Positions 1 to 10,976 are shown, numbered from the stretch's first letter. The stretch: DNA of 64,000 bases from a candidate division FCPU426 bacterium (GCA_963847625.1 CAWKAR010000045.1:64001-128000), one strand, 5' to 3'. The notes: a model not told the origin generated them from the sequence alone. A program made the numbers and translations.

Positions 1-510
1 CTCACTCATACCCCGACGGTGACGCCAACGGCAACCGATACCACTACGGGAACCACTTCACCCACGCCGACTTTCACGATCACCTCAACAAGTACGCAAA
101 CTCCAACATCGACAAGGACGAACACATCCACCAATACGCCCACGAATACGGCTACATCCACGCTTACCCCGACAAGGACGAACACTCTGACCAACACACC
201 GACGGCGACGCTCACTCATACCCCGACGGTGACGCCAACGGCAACCGATACCACTACGGGAACCACTTCGCCCACGCCGACCTATACAATCACCTCAACC
301 AGTACGCAAACTCCAACATCGACAAGGACGAACACATCCACTAATACGCCCACAAATACGGCTACATCCACGCTTACCCCGACAAGAACGAACACGCTGA
401 CCAACACACCGACGGCGACGATCACTCATACCCCGACGGTGACGCTAACGGCAACCGATACCACTACGGGAACCACTTCGCCCACGCCGACTTTCACGAT
501 CACCTTAACT
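1..510 (+). repeat. 210-bp (70-aa) intragenic tandem repeat, about 2.4 copies visible
   Basis: (c/a)tcactcataccccgacggtgacgc recurs at 1, 211 and 421 with near-identical downstream sequence. Confidence 0.95.
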
Positions 511-966
511 GCTACTCAAACTCCCACACTTACGATATCTTCCACGTCGACTCCAACGTCCACGTTGGGGCTTCCGACACCCACGGTTACTAACACCCCG
601 CTTAATACGTATACCTCGACGCCAACTTCAACCCCGACTTCCACACCTCCGTCCTATATGACCGTGACTACGACACTGACCCCGGTCACGAACACCGCCC
701 TGCGCGTGTATCCCAATCCCGCGGATGGCACGGAACCGGTCACTATCAGGCTTCCGTATTATTCGGGGCTTTCGGATGTCAAAATTCAAATCTTCACCAT
801 TGCATTCCGGAAAGTTCAGGAAAAAGTTTATCCCTCTCAGGTCTGGGGGCTCATCCCCATCCAACTCGTGGATATTTGGAACAAACCCCTGGCGAGCGGC
901 CTTTATTATGTTGTGGTCATAACGAATGAAGGCCGAAGTGTGGCGAAGTTGCTGATCATTCGGTAA
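1..966 (+). CDS. 3' part of a secreted Thr/Pro-rich protein with a C-terminal Ig-like sorting-type domain (T9SS type A/FlgD-Ig-like); 5' end lies outside the window
   Basis: Frame open from base 1; TPT-rich repeats, then RVYPNP...IFTIAFRKV...[10 protein letters not shown]...VAKLLIIR*. Confidence 0.85.
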   Translation, partial: LTHTPTVTPTATDTTTGTTSPTPTFTITSTSTQTPTSTRTNTSTNTPTNTATSTLTPTRTNTLTNTPTATLTHTPTVTPTATDTTTGTTSPTPTYTITSTSTQTPTSTRTNTSTNTPTNTATSTLTPTRTNTLTNTPTATITHTPTVTLTATDTTTGTTSPTPTFTITLTATQTPTLTISSTSTPTSTLGLPTPTVTNTPLNTYTSTPTSTPTSTPPSYMTVTTTLTPVTNTALRVYPNPADGTEPVTIRLPYYSGLSDVKIQIFTIAFRKVQEKVYPSQVWGLIPIQLVDIWNKPLASGLYYVVVITNEGRSVAKLLIIR

Positions 967-992
967 TTCCCCCCAAAACCCATATTCATCCT

Positions 993-1137
993 AAAAAACC
1001 AATAAAACTGCCCTTTTAATGCCTATTTATTTTTGGATTAAATCGGCCCTTTTGCCGTCTAGTGAGTATGGAAAGAATCCCCCTAATATAAAAATCGTGA
1101 GAAAATTATCTATATCTTGCTCGCTATGGGCGGACTC
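993..1137 (+). promoter_or_regulatory. Conserved 145-bp upstream leader of SBBP genes, copy 1
   Basis: Collinear with 7111-7255 (aaaaaaccaataaaactgcccttttaatgc...ttttggattaaatc.gcccttttgccgtctag); both end at an ATG encoding MILMKI. Confidence 0.75.
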
Positions 1138-4101
1138 ATGATTCTGATGAAAATATTTCGAAATAGGTTACATCTTTTAAATGCAGGTCTATTTGCCTGC
1201 GTCATCGCGGTATTTGGAATGGGCTTAGTCTCCACAAACAAAAATAATCCTTCCCTTATTTCGCAGAAATCCCATGCTTCTTCCAAAGCCCAACTTGATG
1301 CAGGCACTCGATTAAAACTCAACCAGAATTATGGACATATCCCGCTTTACTTCGAACCCAACGAAGGCCAAACCGATCCCCAAGTCAAATTTATTTCCAG
1401 GGGAAGCGGCTACACCCTCTTTATTACGCCCGCTGAAGCGGTGTATGTATTGAAACGTGGAGATTCCAATCACTCCCTAAACAAGTTTAAAGGTTTTGAC
1501 ACTAAATTTCGAACTCCTAAGTCTTCTCTCCAAACTAATCCACCCGATGTTTTACGTCTGAGATTAGAAGGAGGTAACCGCCTAGCAGAATTCGAGGGGA
1601 TGGAAGAAGCGGAAGGGAAGAGCAATTATTTTATAGGGAACGATCCCAACAAATGGCATACGAATATTCCTAATTACACAAAAGTGAGGATGAAGGAGGT
1701 CTTTCCCGGAATTGATATGGAATATTACGGCGAACAGCGAAAACTAGAGTACGACTTTGTGGTGAAGCCGGGCGCAGACCCAAGCGTCATTGGCCTCAGC
1801 TATGAGGGCGCCAAGAATGCGGAAGTAGATGGGCAAGGGAACCTGTTGTTCCACATGGCCCAAGGGGATGTGGCATTCAAGGCGCCGGTGATTTACCAGA
1901 AGAGAATGAAAAATGGAGAATGGACAATTGAAAATGAAAAGATAGAAGGCCGTTACTCGTTAAAAGCGGATGGGAAAATCGGATTTGAAACGGGGAACTA
2001 TGACAAAACCCTTCCCCTGGTAATCGATCCCCAATTGGATTATTCGACATTCTTGGGTGGAAGCGGTGGCGATGAAGGTTATGCCATCGCTGTGGATGGG
2101 TCGGGGGACGCGTATGTGACCGGTTGTTCCTATTCAACGAATTTTCCCACGACCAGCGGAGCTATTCAGACGGTTAACAACGGATATACTAATGTTTTTG
2201 TGACGGAGCTTAATCCCTCTGGAAGCGCATTGATTTATTCAACCTATCTGGGAGGGAGCGCACAGGATTATGGTTATGGCATCGCGGTGGATGGGTCGGG
2301 GAACGCTTATATCACGGGGCGAATAGCTTCCAAGGATTTTCCCACTACCAGTGGAGCCTTTCAAACGGTGCATGGCGCAGACGGCCCCTATAACGACGCT
2401 TGTGTTGTAAAACTTAATTCCTCTGGAAGCGCCGTGATCTATTCGACGTATCTGGGCGGGAATGGGGATGATTGTGGTTTTGGCATCGCATTGGATGGGT
2501 CGGGAAACGCTTATGTGACTGGATATGCGCAATCAACGAATTTCCCAACGACCAGCGGGGCCTATCAGACGGCATTGGGCGGCACAAACGCTATGAACGT
2601 TTTTGTGTCAGAATTGAATGCAACGGGAAGCGCCCTGGTCTATTCGACTTATTTAGGCGGGAGCGGAAGCGTTTATGGCGATATTGGCCAAGGCATAGTA
2701 TTGGACGGGTCGGGGAATGTTTATGTGACAGGTGCTGCGGCTTCTCAAAATTTTCCCACAACTAGTGGGGCCTATCAAACGGTTTATGATAGTGGCGGGA
2801 ATGATGCATTTGTGGCGAAACTGAAACTGGCGGGCGGCGGGGCGAGTGACTTGATTTATTCTACCTATCTAGGCGGGAATAACTGGGATCAAGGCAATGG
2901 CATCGCGTTGGATGGGTTCGGGAACGCTTATGTAGTTGGCTATACAATATCAACAAATTTTCCTACGACCAGTGGAGCCTTTCAGACGGCTAGAGGTGGA
3001 ACGAATGGGAATTGTTATAACGTTTTTGTCACGGAGTTGAACCCCTCATTAAGCGCCTTGGTATATTCGACCTATTTGGGCGGGTACAATCCCGATGGCG
3101 ATTTTGGATTTGCCATTGCCGTAGATTCGGACGGTGATGCATATGTGACGGGATTGACCTCTGGAAATTTCCCCATAACAAGTGGTGCTTATCAAACGAC
3201 TTTTGAAGGTGGCATACCCAATCCCTGGCCAAGTGACGTTTTTGTGACGGAATTAAATGCCACGGGGAGTGCTCTGATCTATTCGACTTATTTAGGCGGT
3301 GTCAGGGACGATTCCGGCCAAGGCATAGCATTGGATGGGTCGGGTAATGTTTATGTGACTGGATATGCAGGCTATAATTTTCCTACTACCAGTGGGGCGT
3401 ATCAGACGGTTTTAGGTGTCTCTCCGAACGTATTTATAGCAAAGTTGGACAATAGCGATTTTTATACACCCACAATTACACCATGGCCGGCAGGTGTTCC
3501 TACCTATACTTCTACCAATACACCAACAATAACGAACACTCCCACAATTACCAAGACTCCGACTTTAACCCTAACTCCCACGCCCACTGCTTCCACCCTG
3601 CCCGGCGTACCGACGGCTACCTACACAAGCATATGCTTTCCTATTACCTGTACACCGACGCCTACACTAACACCCGGCAGTCCGTCGGCTACTCCAACCT
3701 TGACAAACACACCAACTGTTACTAATACACCTACGGTAACTCTTACGCTAACAATGACCAATATTCCCCCCCCGACAAACACCATAACGCCTACATTAAT
3801 ATTTCCTCCTTCCTGCTCCGAGTTCTCCGTCTCGAAAAATACGTTTTTCCCGTCCAACGGGCCAGTATCGATTTATGTTTCGTACTGTCAGTACCCAGGT
3901 GCCTTTTCCTTGGGGATTTATAATTCCGCTGGGGAGCACATTAAAACCCTAGATGCGCGACATTTGGAAGCACCCATTATCGCTTCTTACCTTTGGGACG
4001 GACGGAACAAATACGGTGATCCCTGCGCCAGCGGGGTCTATATTCTTTACCTCGTCGAACCCTATAACCGGCAAATCAAAAGAGTGCTTCTTTTAAAGTA
4101 A
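1138..4101 (+). CDS. Secreted SBBP-repeat beta-propeller protein with Thr-rich linker and FlgD-Ig-like C-terminal domain
   Basis: Hydrophobic N-terminus, [10 protein letters not shown] domain, repeated YSTYLGG...[14 protein letters not shown]...NFPTTSGAYQT units, TPT linker, YNSAGEHIKTL...WDGRNKYG...SGVY tail; start 1138 chosen by alignment with the paralog at 7256. Confidence 0.9.
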   Translation: MILMKIFRNRLHLLNAGLFACVIAVFGMGLVSTNKNNPSLISQKSHASSKAQLDAGTRLKLNQNYGHIPLYFEPNEGQTDPQVKFISRGSGYTLFITPAEAVYVLKRGDSNHSLNKFKGFDTKFRTPKSSLQTNPPDVLRLRLEGGNRLAEFEGMEEAEGKSNYFIGNDPNKWHTNIPNYTKVRMKEVFPGIDMEYYGEQRKLEYDFVVKPGADPSVIGLSYEGAKNAEVDGQGNLLFHMAQGDVAFKAPVIYQKRMKNGEWTIENEKIEGRYSLKADGKIGFETGNYDKTLPLVIDPQLDYSTFLGGSGGDEGYAIAVDGSGDAYVTGCSYSTNFPTTSGAIQTVNNGYTNVFVTELNPSGSALIYSTYLGGSAQDYGYGIAVDGSGNAYITGRIASKDFPTTSGAFQTVHGADGPYNDACVVKLNSSGSAVIYSTYLGGNGDDCGFGIALDGSGNAYVTGYAQSTNFPTTSGAYQTALGGTNAMNVFVSELNATGSALVYSTYLGGSGSVYGDIGQGIVLDGSGNVYVTGAAASQNFPTTSGAYQTVYDSGGNDAFVAKLKLAGGGASDLIYSTYLGGNNWDQGNGIALDGFGNAYVVGYTISTNFPTTSGAFQTARGGTNGNCYNVFVTELNPSLSALVYSTYLGGYNPDGDFGFAIAVDSDGDAYVTGLTSGNFPITSGAYQTTFEGGIPNPWPSDVFVTELNATGSALIYSTYLGGVRDDSGQGIALDGSGNVYVTGYAGYNFPTTSGAYQTVLGVSPNVFIAKLDNSDFYTPTITPWPAGVPTYTSTNTPTITNTPTITKTPTLTLTPTPTASTLPGVPTATYTSICFPITCTPTPTLTPGSPSATPTLTNTPTVTNTPTVTLTLTMTNIPPPTNTITPTLIFPPSCSEFSVSKNTFFPSNGPVSIYVSYCQYPGAFSLGIYNSAGEHIKTLDARHLEAPIIASYLWDGRNKYGDPCASGVYILYLVEPYNRQIKRVLLLK

Positions 4102-4139
4102 AAACCCCCTTCGAGCTATAATTGGTCTAGAGAATAATC

Positions 4140-6935
4140 ATGCCGAAAGTATCCCGGAATCATATGCGGCTGTTGAACACCGGTCTATTTACCTGCGTCT
4201 TATTGGTTTTTGGTATGGGTTTAGTCTCCACAGGCCGAAACAATTCTTCCCCCGCCCAGCAAAAAAACCATGCTTCTTCCAAAGCCCAACTTGATGCAGG
4301 CACTCGATTAAAACTCAACCAGAATTACGGAAAAATCCCACTTTACTTTGAACCCAACGAAGGACAATACGATCCCCAAGTCAAATTCATTTCCCGGGGA
4401 AGCGGCTACACCCTCTTTATTACGCCCGCTGAAGCGGTGTATGTATTGAAACGTGGAGATTCCAATCATTCACCCCGGCAATCTACCCTGAGTAAACGAA
4501 GTGCATCGAAGGGCTCCTCACTCCTAACTGCTTCCCCCGAGGTTTTGCGCCTGAGGCTCGAGGGCGGGAATCGCATAGCTTTTTTCGAAGGGATGGAAGA
4601 AGCGGAAGGGAAAAGCAATTATTTCATCGGGAATGACCCATCCAAATGGCGAACTAACATCACCCACTATGCCAAGGTGAACTTGAAAGAGGTCTATCCC
4701 GGTATTGACATGGTGTATTACGGTTCACAGCAAAAGCTGGAATACGACTTTATGGTAAAACCCGGTGCGGATCCAAAAGAAATTAGGCTGAAAATTGAGG
4801 GTGCGGAGAGTTCCAATGTGAATGACTCGGGCAACCTTCAAATGAGTGTCGGCGGCTGCCAAGTGGTTTTCAAAGCACCTGCTATTTATCAGGAGGACCG
4901 CAACGGAAAAGTAACCATCATGGGAAAATATGTAAAGACCGGTAGTAACGAATTAGGTTTCGAGGTGAAGGGATATGATCATTCAATACCATTGGTGATC
5001 GATCCAGTTTTGGATTATTCCACCTTCCTTGGCGGGACCGCGAGCGAAGGAGCCAATGCCATCGCGGTGGATGGGTCGGGGAACGCTTATGTTACGGGAG
5101 AGACCGGGTCCATTAATTTTCCCACGACCGCCGGGGCCTACCAGACGGCTTCTGGCGACATTTTTGTGACGGAGCTAAATGCAAATGGAAGCGCCCTGGT
5201 CTATTCGACCTTTCTGGGCGGGATCGGAGGGAATGAAGCCTTTGGCATCGCGGTGGATGGGTTGGGTAACGCTTATGTGACGGGGCAGACCAGCGGAAGT
5301 TTCCCTACGACCAGTGGGGCTTATCAGACGATTTTCGGTGCTGGTACTTATGACGCCTTTGTGACCAAACTCAATCCGTCAGGTAATACACTCCTTTATT
5401 CAACTTATCTGGGCGGAAGCGGTTGGGATCAAGGCGATGGGATCGCGGTGGATTCAAGCGGGAGCGCCTACGTGACGGGTTATACCTATTCCACCGATTT
5501 CCCCACCACAACGGGTGCTTACCAAACCACTTCGGGAGGAACCTGGGACGCCTTCATCACCAAGTTGAATGCGGCGGGCACGGCCTTGGTCTATTCCACC
5601 TATCTGGGCGGAAGCTACATTGACTATGGTTATGGAATTGCTGTGGATTCAAGCGGAAACGCCTACGTAACGGGTACTACTGCGTCCACCGATTTTCCCA
5701 CCACGGCTGGGGTTTACCAAACAACTTTTGGGGGAAGCTGGGACGTCTTTGTGGCCAAGCTGAATGCGGCGGGTACGGTCTTAGTCTATTCCACGTACCT
5801 AGATGGGAGTTCAAGTGAAGAAGGTTATGGAATAACCGTGGATTCAAGTGGGAACGCCTACGTGACTGGAAGTACGGAATCAACGAATTTCCCAACAACC
5901 AGTGGGGCCTATCAGACGAATTATGGCGGCAATATTGATGCGTTTGTGACGAAGTTGAATAACACGGGAAGCGCCTTGTTGTATTCAACCTATTTGGGCG
6001 AGGGTAATGAGGATCATGGAAATGCCATCGCGGTGGATGGCTCTGGAAACGCATATGTGACGGGATATACGCAATCCACCAATTTCCCCACGACCAGTGG
6101 GGCTTATCAGACGGTTTTTGGAGGGAATCAGGATGCTTTTATGATGGAGCTGAATGCCGGGGGTAGCAACCTGATCTATTCGACATACTTGGGCGGGGGT
6201 GCGTCCGAATCCGGTCTGGGCATTGCGGTGGATGGGTCGGGGAACGCCTACGTGACGGGGTATACGCAATCCACCAATTTCCCCACGACCAGTGGGGCCT
6301 ATCAGACGGCTTTTGGAGGAACCTGTGACGTCTTCGTGGCAAAGCTTTCTTTTCCCACCCCAACACCGACACCTACCATGACTCCCACACCGACGGCGAC
6401 AGACAGCCCGACGAACAGTTCGACTTCGACCCCGAGTAGTACACCCACGCCCACGGCTACATACAGTTCGACATTGACGAATACCCTGACCAACACACCC
6501 ACCCTAACAAACACCTCCACTGCCACGGGTACTTATACAATGACGAATACACTGACCCCCACATACACCCCGACGCTGACCAGCACCTCCACGCAAACGA
6601 TGACCCCAACAGTTTCAAATATCCCGACCTCGACATCACTTCCATCCTGCTCTGGGTTCTCCATCTCGAAGAACGCGTTTTTCCCCTCCAATGGGCCGGT
6701 CTCGATCTATGTTTCCTATTGCAAGTATCCGGGCGATTATTCCTTAAAGGTTTATAACTCCGCCGGGGAACACGTCAAAACGCTGGACGAGAGGCATTTA
6801 GAGGCACCAGTAGTGGCTTCTTACCTTTGGGATGGCAGGAATAAATATGGTGATCCCTGCGCCAGTGGCGTCTATATTTTGTACCTCGTGGAGCCTTATG
6901 ACCGTGAGACCAAAAGGGTGCTTCTTTTAAGGTAG
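4140..6935 (+). CDS. Secreted SBBP-repeat beta-propeller protein (paralog 2)
   Basis: Same architecture as 1138-4101, with a closely similar C-terminal domain. Confidence 0.9.
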   Translation: MPKVSRNHMRLLNTGLFTCVLLVFGMGLVSTGRNNSSPAQQKNHASSKAQLDAGTRLKLNQNYGKIPLYFEPNEGQYDPQVKFISRGSGYTLFITPAEAVYVLKRGDSNHSPRQSTLSKRSASKGSSLLTASPEVLRLRLEGGNRIAFFEGMEEAEGKSNYFIGNDPSKWRTNITHYAKVNLKEVYPGIDMVYYGSQQKLEYDFMVKPGADPKEIRLKIEGAESSNVNDSGNLQMSVGGCQVVFKAPAIYQEDRNGKVTIMGKYVKTGSNELGFEVKGYDHSIPLVIDPVLDYSTFLGGTASEGANAIAVDGSGNAYVTGETGSINFPTTAGAYQTASGDIFVTELNANGSALVYSTFLGGIGGNEAFGIAVDGLGNAYVTGQTSGSFPTTSGAYQTIFGAGTYDAFVTKLNPSGNTLLYSTYLGGSGWDQGDGIAVDSSGSAYVTGYTYSTDFPTTTGAYQTTSGGTWDAFITKLNAAGTALVYSTYLGGSYIDYGYGIAVDSSGNAYVTGTTASTDFPTTAGVYQTTFGGSWDVFVAKLNAAGTVLVYSTYLDGSSSEEGYGITVDSSGNAYVTGSTESTNFPTTSGAYQTNYGGNIDAFVTKLNNTGSALLYSTYLGEGNEDHGNAIAVDGSGNAYVTGYTQSTNFPTTSGAYQTVFGGNQDAFMMELNAGGSNLIYSTYLGGGASESGLGIAVDGSGNAYVTGYTQSTNFPTTSGAYQTAFGGTCDVFVAKLSFPTPTPTPTMTPTPTATDSPTNSSTSTPSSTPTPTATYSSTLTNTLTNTPTLTNTSTATGTYTMTNTLTPTYTPTLTSTSTQTMTPTVSNIPTSTSLPSCSGFSISKNAFFPSNGPVSIYVSYCKYPGDYSLKVYNSAGEHVKTLDERHLEAPVVASYLWDGRNKYGDPCASGVYILYLVEPYDRETKRVLLLR

Positions 6936-6939
6936 GCAT

Positions 6940-7083
6940 GTTTCCGGGAATGGCACCCTCTCTTGGGATTTGAAGGATATGGACGGTACCCCTGTGGCCG
7001 ACGGACTTTATTACCTCCGGGTGAAGGCGGTTGAGGGGGGGACCACGACCGTGAAAATCCTGAAAGTCCTCGTTCTGCGCTGA
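6940..7083 (+). pseudogene. Orphan 47-codon C-terminal sorting-domain fragment
   Basis: Translates [47 protein letters not shown], 44/47 identical to the end of 7256-10366 (nt 10223-10366); different frame from the upstream gene. Confidence 0.9.
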
Positions 7084-7110
7084 GCGGAAATTCAGCTCGC
7101 GAATTCTCCC

Positions 7111-7255
7111 AAAAAACCAATAAAACTGCCCTTTTAATGCTTATTTTTTTTGGATTAAATCTGCCCTTTTGCCGTCTAGAGGGTGTGGAAAGAGACAACC
7201 CTAACAGCCAAATCGTGGGAAAATATCCTATATCTGGCTCACCCTGGACGGGCAA
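7111..7255 (+). promoter_or_regulatory. Conserved 145-bp upstream leader of SBBP genes, copy 2
   Basis: Collinear homolog of 993-1137. Confidence 0.75.
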
Positions 7256-10200
7256 ATGATCCTGATGAAGATATCGCGCAATAGATTGCGTCTTTTAAAT
7301 GCAGGTCTATTGGCCTGCGTCATTCTGTTATTTGGAATGGGGTTGGTCTCCACAAGCCGAAATGGTTCTTCTCACGCCCCGAAAGAATCTAATATCTCTT
7401 CCAAAGTTGCTCAGCCGAATCAATCAGCGCTCATGAAACTTAATCAGAATTATGGACATATCCCGCTTTACTTCGAGCCCAACGAGGGACAATTCGATCC
7501 CCAAGTGAAGTTTCTCTCCCGGGGAAGTGGATATTCCCTATTCATCACGCCCGCCGAAGCGGTGTTTGTCCTAAAGCATAGCGAGCCTAAAGATTTTTCG
7601 AATAAAGGTGGAAGACTTGGTCGTAAATTCCCAATTCCTAATTCCTCATTCCTAATTACCAAAACTTCACACCCAACTGTTCCGCCCGATGTTTTGAGAT
7701 TGAGATTGGAAAATGGAAATAGGTTGGCTGAATTCGAGGGAATGGAAAAGGCAGTAGGGAAGAGCAATTACTTTATCGGGAATGACTCATCCAAGTGGCA
7801 CACCAATATACCCAACTATACCAAGGTAAAGATGAAGGATGTCTATCCCGGGGTCGACATGGTGTATTACGGCAATCAACGTAAGTTGGAATACGATTTC
7901 GAGGTAAAGCCAGGGGCGGACCCAAGTGCCATTAATCTCAGTTACGAAGGCGCCAAGAACGCTGAAGTGGACGGCCAAGGGAATCTGATATTCCACATGG
8001 AGAAAGGGGATGTGGCTTTCAAAGCGCCTGTAGCCTACCAAAAAAAAATGAAGAATGGAGAATGGACAATTGAAAACGAAAAAATAGAAGGCCGTTATTC
8101 ATTAAAAGCTGATGGGAAAATTGGTTTTAAGATTGGAAACTATGACAAAACCCTTCCTCTGGTGATCGACCCCCAATTGGATTATTCAACTTATTTGGGT
8201 GGGAATATCGAAAATGAGGGCAGTGGCATCGTGGTGAATGGATCGGGGAATGCTTATGTGACAGGTTGGTCTATGGGAGATTTCCCCACAACAAGCGGAG
8301 CCTTTCAGACGGCTTTGGATGGTGGTATGGATGCTTTTGTGGCGGAGATAAGTGCTGATGGAAGCGCCTTGGTCTATGCGACCTATCTGGGTGGCAGCGG
8401 GGGTGCTCAAGGCAATGGCATCGCGTTGGATGGGTCGGGAAACGCTTATGTGGTTGGAAGTGCCGGCGCAAATTTTCCCACAACCAATGGAGCCTATCAA
8501 CCAGCTTATCAGAGTTTATATAGCCAATTGAATGCTTTTGTGACGAAACTGAATACTTCGGGAAGCGCCTTGGTCTATTCGACCTATCTTGGCGGGAGCG
8601 GGGAATCTAATCAAGGGGATGTTGGCACTGGCGTTGCGGTGGATGGGTCAGGAAATGCTTATGTGTCGGGTCATACGTTTTCACCGAATTTCCCCACTAC
8701 CGGCGGGGCCTATCAGACAGCTTTAGGTGTCAGCGGTGATATTTTTATTACGAAACTGAATGCCTCAGGAAGCAACCTTATTTATTCGACTCTTCTGGGT
8801 GCGAACGGTGGCGGTGTGTGTAATGGCATCGCTGTGGATGGATCGGGGAACGCTTATGTGACGGGCTGGGTAGATGACATAGATTACCCCATAACCAGTG
8901 GGGCTTATCAGACGGATTTTGGTGGTGGGGGTATTGACGCTTTTTTGACAGAGTTTAATGCAACTGGAAGCTCCTTGGTCTATTCGACCTATCTGGGTGG
9001 TAGCGAGGACACTCTTGGCAATGGCATCGCTGTGGATTCCTCGGGAAATGCCTACGTTACAGGATACACTGGAGAGGGGTTTCCAACGAATAGTGGGGCC
9101 TTTCAGACGGCTTATGGCGGCAATACCGACGTTTTTGTGGTGAAGTTGAATCCGGCGGGTGACGGGGCCAGCGACTTGATCTATTCAACCTATTTGGGAG
9201 GAAATGGGGACGATCAAGGAAACGCCATCGCGGTGGATGGGTTGGGGGACGCTTATGTAACGGGCTTTACGAATTCAACGGATTTCCCCACGACCAGTGG
9301 CGCCTTTCAAACGTCTTTTCAGACGTCCGCAGGTGACATCCACGGAAATACTAACGCTTTTATGACGGAACTGAATCCTTCGGGAAGCTTCCTGATTTAT
9401 TCGTCCTATCTTGGCGGGAGTGGGGACGTGTACGGGGGTGATCTAGCCAATGGAATTGCATTGGATGGCTTAGGAAACGTTTATGTGACAGGAGAAACAG
9501 AATCATCCGATTTCCCGACTACTAACGGCGCCTTTCAAACGTCTAATGGTGGCGCATCTGTTGACGGTTTTGTTACAAAGTTTGACGTGAGTGATTTTTA
9601 TACACCCACGCCCTGGCCGACGGGCGTTCCCACATATACTTTTACATCCACACCTACCCTTGCGTTTACACCAACGCCCACCTCTACCCCAACTCCCACC
9701 ATGACAAACACGCCAACCTATACTTCGGGTGTTTTAACTTTTACACCGACTAACACGCCAACTTCCACCGCGACAAACACATCCACGAAAACGACAACCC
9801 CTACAATCACATTGACACCGACAATTACTCCCACTGATACTCCGCCTCCTTCACCAGACCCTACTTGGACAGTAACAACTTCTCCAACTTTCACCCCGAC
9901 AAATACCTCAATCAACACATCTACGAGGACGATGACGCCAACAACGACCCCAACGCCCACCCGCAAAGCTACGTGCACAAACACACCCACTTCAACGGCC
10001 ACCCCAACATGCACTGTTGGTGTGATACCCGCCACTAACACGCCAACACCCACAGCAACACGGACCTCGACTGTGACAGGTGTGGTTATCAGCCTGTCTT
10101 ATCCAAATCCTGTTAAAGGCGCAGGGCCGGTTTCCATAAATGTCCAAGGGCCGCCAGGAACTAACTTTATCTGTGACGTCTTCACGACGGCCTTCCGAAA

Positions 10201-10366
10201 AGTGGCCAGCGCTACATGGCTTGTTTCCGGGAACGGCACCCTCTCATGGGACTTGAAGGATATGGACGGCACCCCTGTGGCCGACGGGCTTTATTACCTC
10301 CGGGTAAATGCGGTTGCGGGGGGAACCACGACGGTGAAAATCCTGAAAGTCCTCGTTATCCGCTAA
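7256..10366 (+). CDS. Secreted SBBP-repeat beta-propeller protein (paralog 3) with YPNP-type C-terminal domain
   Basis: SBBP repeats, long TPT linker, SYPNP...VFTTAFRKV...ADGLYYLRV...KVLVIR*. Confidence 0.9.
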   Translation: MILMKISRNRLRLLNAGLLACVILLFGMGLVSTSRNGSSHAPKESNISSKVAQPNQSALMKLNQNYGHIPLYFEPNEGQFDPQVKFLSRGSGYSLFITPAEAVFVLKHSEPKDFSNKGGRLGRKFPIPNSSFLITKTSHPTVPPDVLRLRLENGNRLAEFEGMEKAVGKSNYFIGNDSSKWHTNIPNYTKVKMKDVYPGVDMVYYGNQRKLEYDFEVKPGADPSAINLSYEGAKNAEVDGQGNLIFHMEKGDVAFKAPVAYQKKMKNGEWTIENEKIEGRYSLKADGKIGFKIGNYDKTLPLVIDPQLDYSTYLGGNIENEGSGIVVNGSGNAYVTGWSMGDFPTTSGAFQTALDGGMDAFVAEISADGSALVYATYLGGSGGAQGNGIALDGSGNAYVVGSAGANFPTTNGAYQPAYQSLYSQLNAFVTKLNTSGSALVYSTYLGGSGESNQGDVGTGVAVDGSGNAYVSGHTFSPNFPTTGGAYQTALGVSGDIFITKLNASGSNLIYSTLLGANGGGVCNGIAVDGSGNAYVTGWVDDIDYPITSGAYQTDFGGGGIDAFLTEFNATGSSLVYSTYLGGSEDTLGNGIAVDSSGNAYVTGYTGEGFPTNSGAFQTAYGGNTDVFVVKLNPAGDGASDLIYSTYLGGNGDDQGNAIAVDGLGDAYVTGFTNSTDFPTTSGAFQTSFQTSAGDIHGNTNAFMTELNPSGSFLIYSSYLGGSGDVYGGDLANGIALDGLGNVYVTGETESSDFPTTNGAFQTSNGGASVDGFVTKFDVSDFYTPTPWPTGVPTYTFTSTPTLAFTPTPTSTPTPTMTNTPTYTSGVLTFTPTNTPTSTATNTSTKTTTPTITLTPTITPTDTPPPSPDPTWTVTTSPTFTPTNTSINTSTRTMTPTTTPTPTRKATCTNTPTSTATPTCTVGVIPATNTPTPTATRTSTVTGVVISLSYPNPVKGAGPVSINVQGPPGTNFICDVFTTAFRKVASATWLVSGNGTLSWDLKDMDGTPVADGLYYLRVNAVAGGTTTVKILKVLVIR

Positions 10367-10562
10367 CGTTCTTTTGCCAACCGATGCGGTTTTAGAACCC
10401 CAAATCCCTAATACCTCCATGGGGTTAACTTTTAACCTGTTTTGCCTCTTTTTTTGTAGAACCCCAATAAATCCCACTTTTAAAATACCACGAAGCAGAT
10501 ACCCATACCTGGGGTTAGTAGTCCTGCCCGCAGGGGACCGCGAACCCAGTGCAGGGGACCGG

Positions 10563-10976
10563 GAACCTAGTAGCAGAACCCGGTGAACCTAGTAGCAGAT
10601 TCCGGGGAACCTAGTAGCAGAACCCGTGAACCTAGTAGCAGATTCCGAGGTACCTAGTAGCAGATACCGGGGAATCTAGTAGCAGAACCCGGTGAACCTA
10701 GTAGCAAATTTCGGGGTACTTAGTAGCAGATACCGGGGAACCTAGTAGCAGAACCCGGTGAACCTAGTAGCAGAACCCGTGAACCTAGTAGCAGATTCCG
10801 GGGTACCTTGTAGCAAAACCCGTGAACCTAGTAGCAGATTCCGAGGTACCTAGTAGCAGATACCGGGGAATCTAGTAGCAGAACCCGGTGAACCTAGTAG
10901 CAGATTTCGGGGTACTTAGTAGCAGATACCGGGGAATCTAGTAGCAGAACCCGGTGAACCTAGTAGCAAATTTCGG
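10563..10976. repeat. Non-coding tandem array, units 1-19, consensus G(A/T)A(C/T)(C/T)TAGTAGCAGA(A/T)(C/T/A)CCGG(G/T), 21-22 bp
   Basis: 18 complete units counted by hand (three are 21 bp) plus unit 19 cut by the IS; two degenerate 21-bp units just upstream (about 10530-10570). Confidence 0.97.

Noticed and set aside
6896..7255. 119-aa minus-strand ORF
   Set aside because: Overlaps the orphan domain fragment and the conserved leader, which explain the sequence better
6..10053. Val/Gly-rich minus-strand ORFs (6-215, 3621-3857, 6302-6526, 9718-10053)
   Set aside because: Antisense reading of Thr/Pro codon runs
1138..10366. Diversity-generating retroelement acting on the SBBP genes
   Set aside because: No reverse transcriptase in the window; differences between 6940-7083 and 10223-10366 are mostly third-position and include C/T changes, so they are not adenine-specific
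10374..10586. 70-aa ORF or coding interpretation of the array
   Set aside because: TAG codons occur in the repeat core on both strands and the 22-bp period cycles them through the frames; no RBS evident
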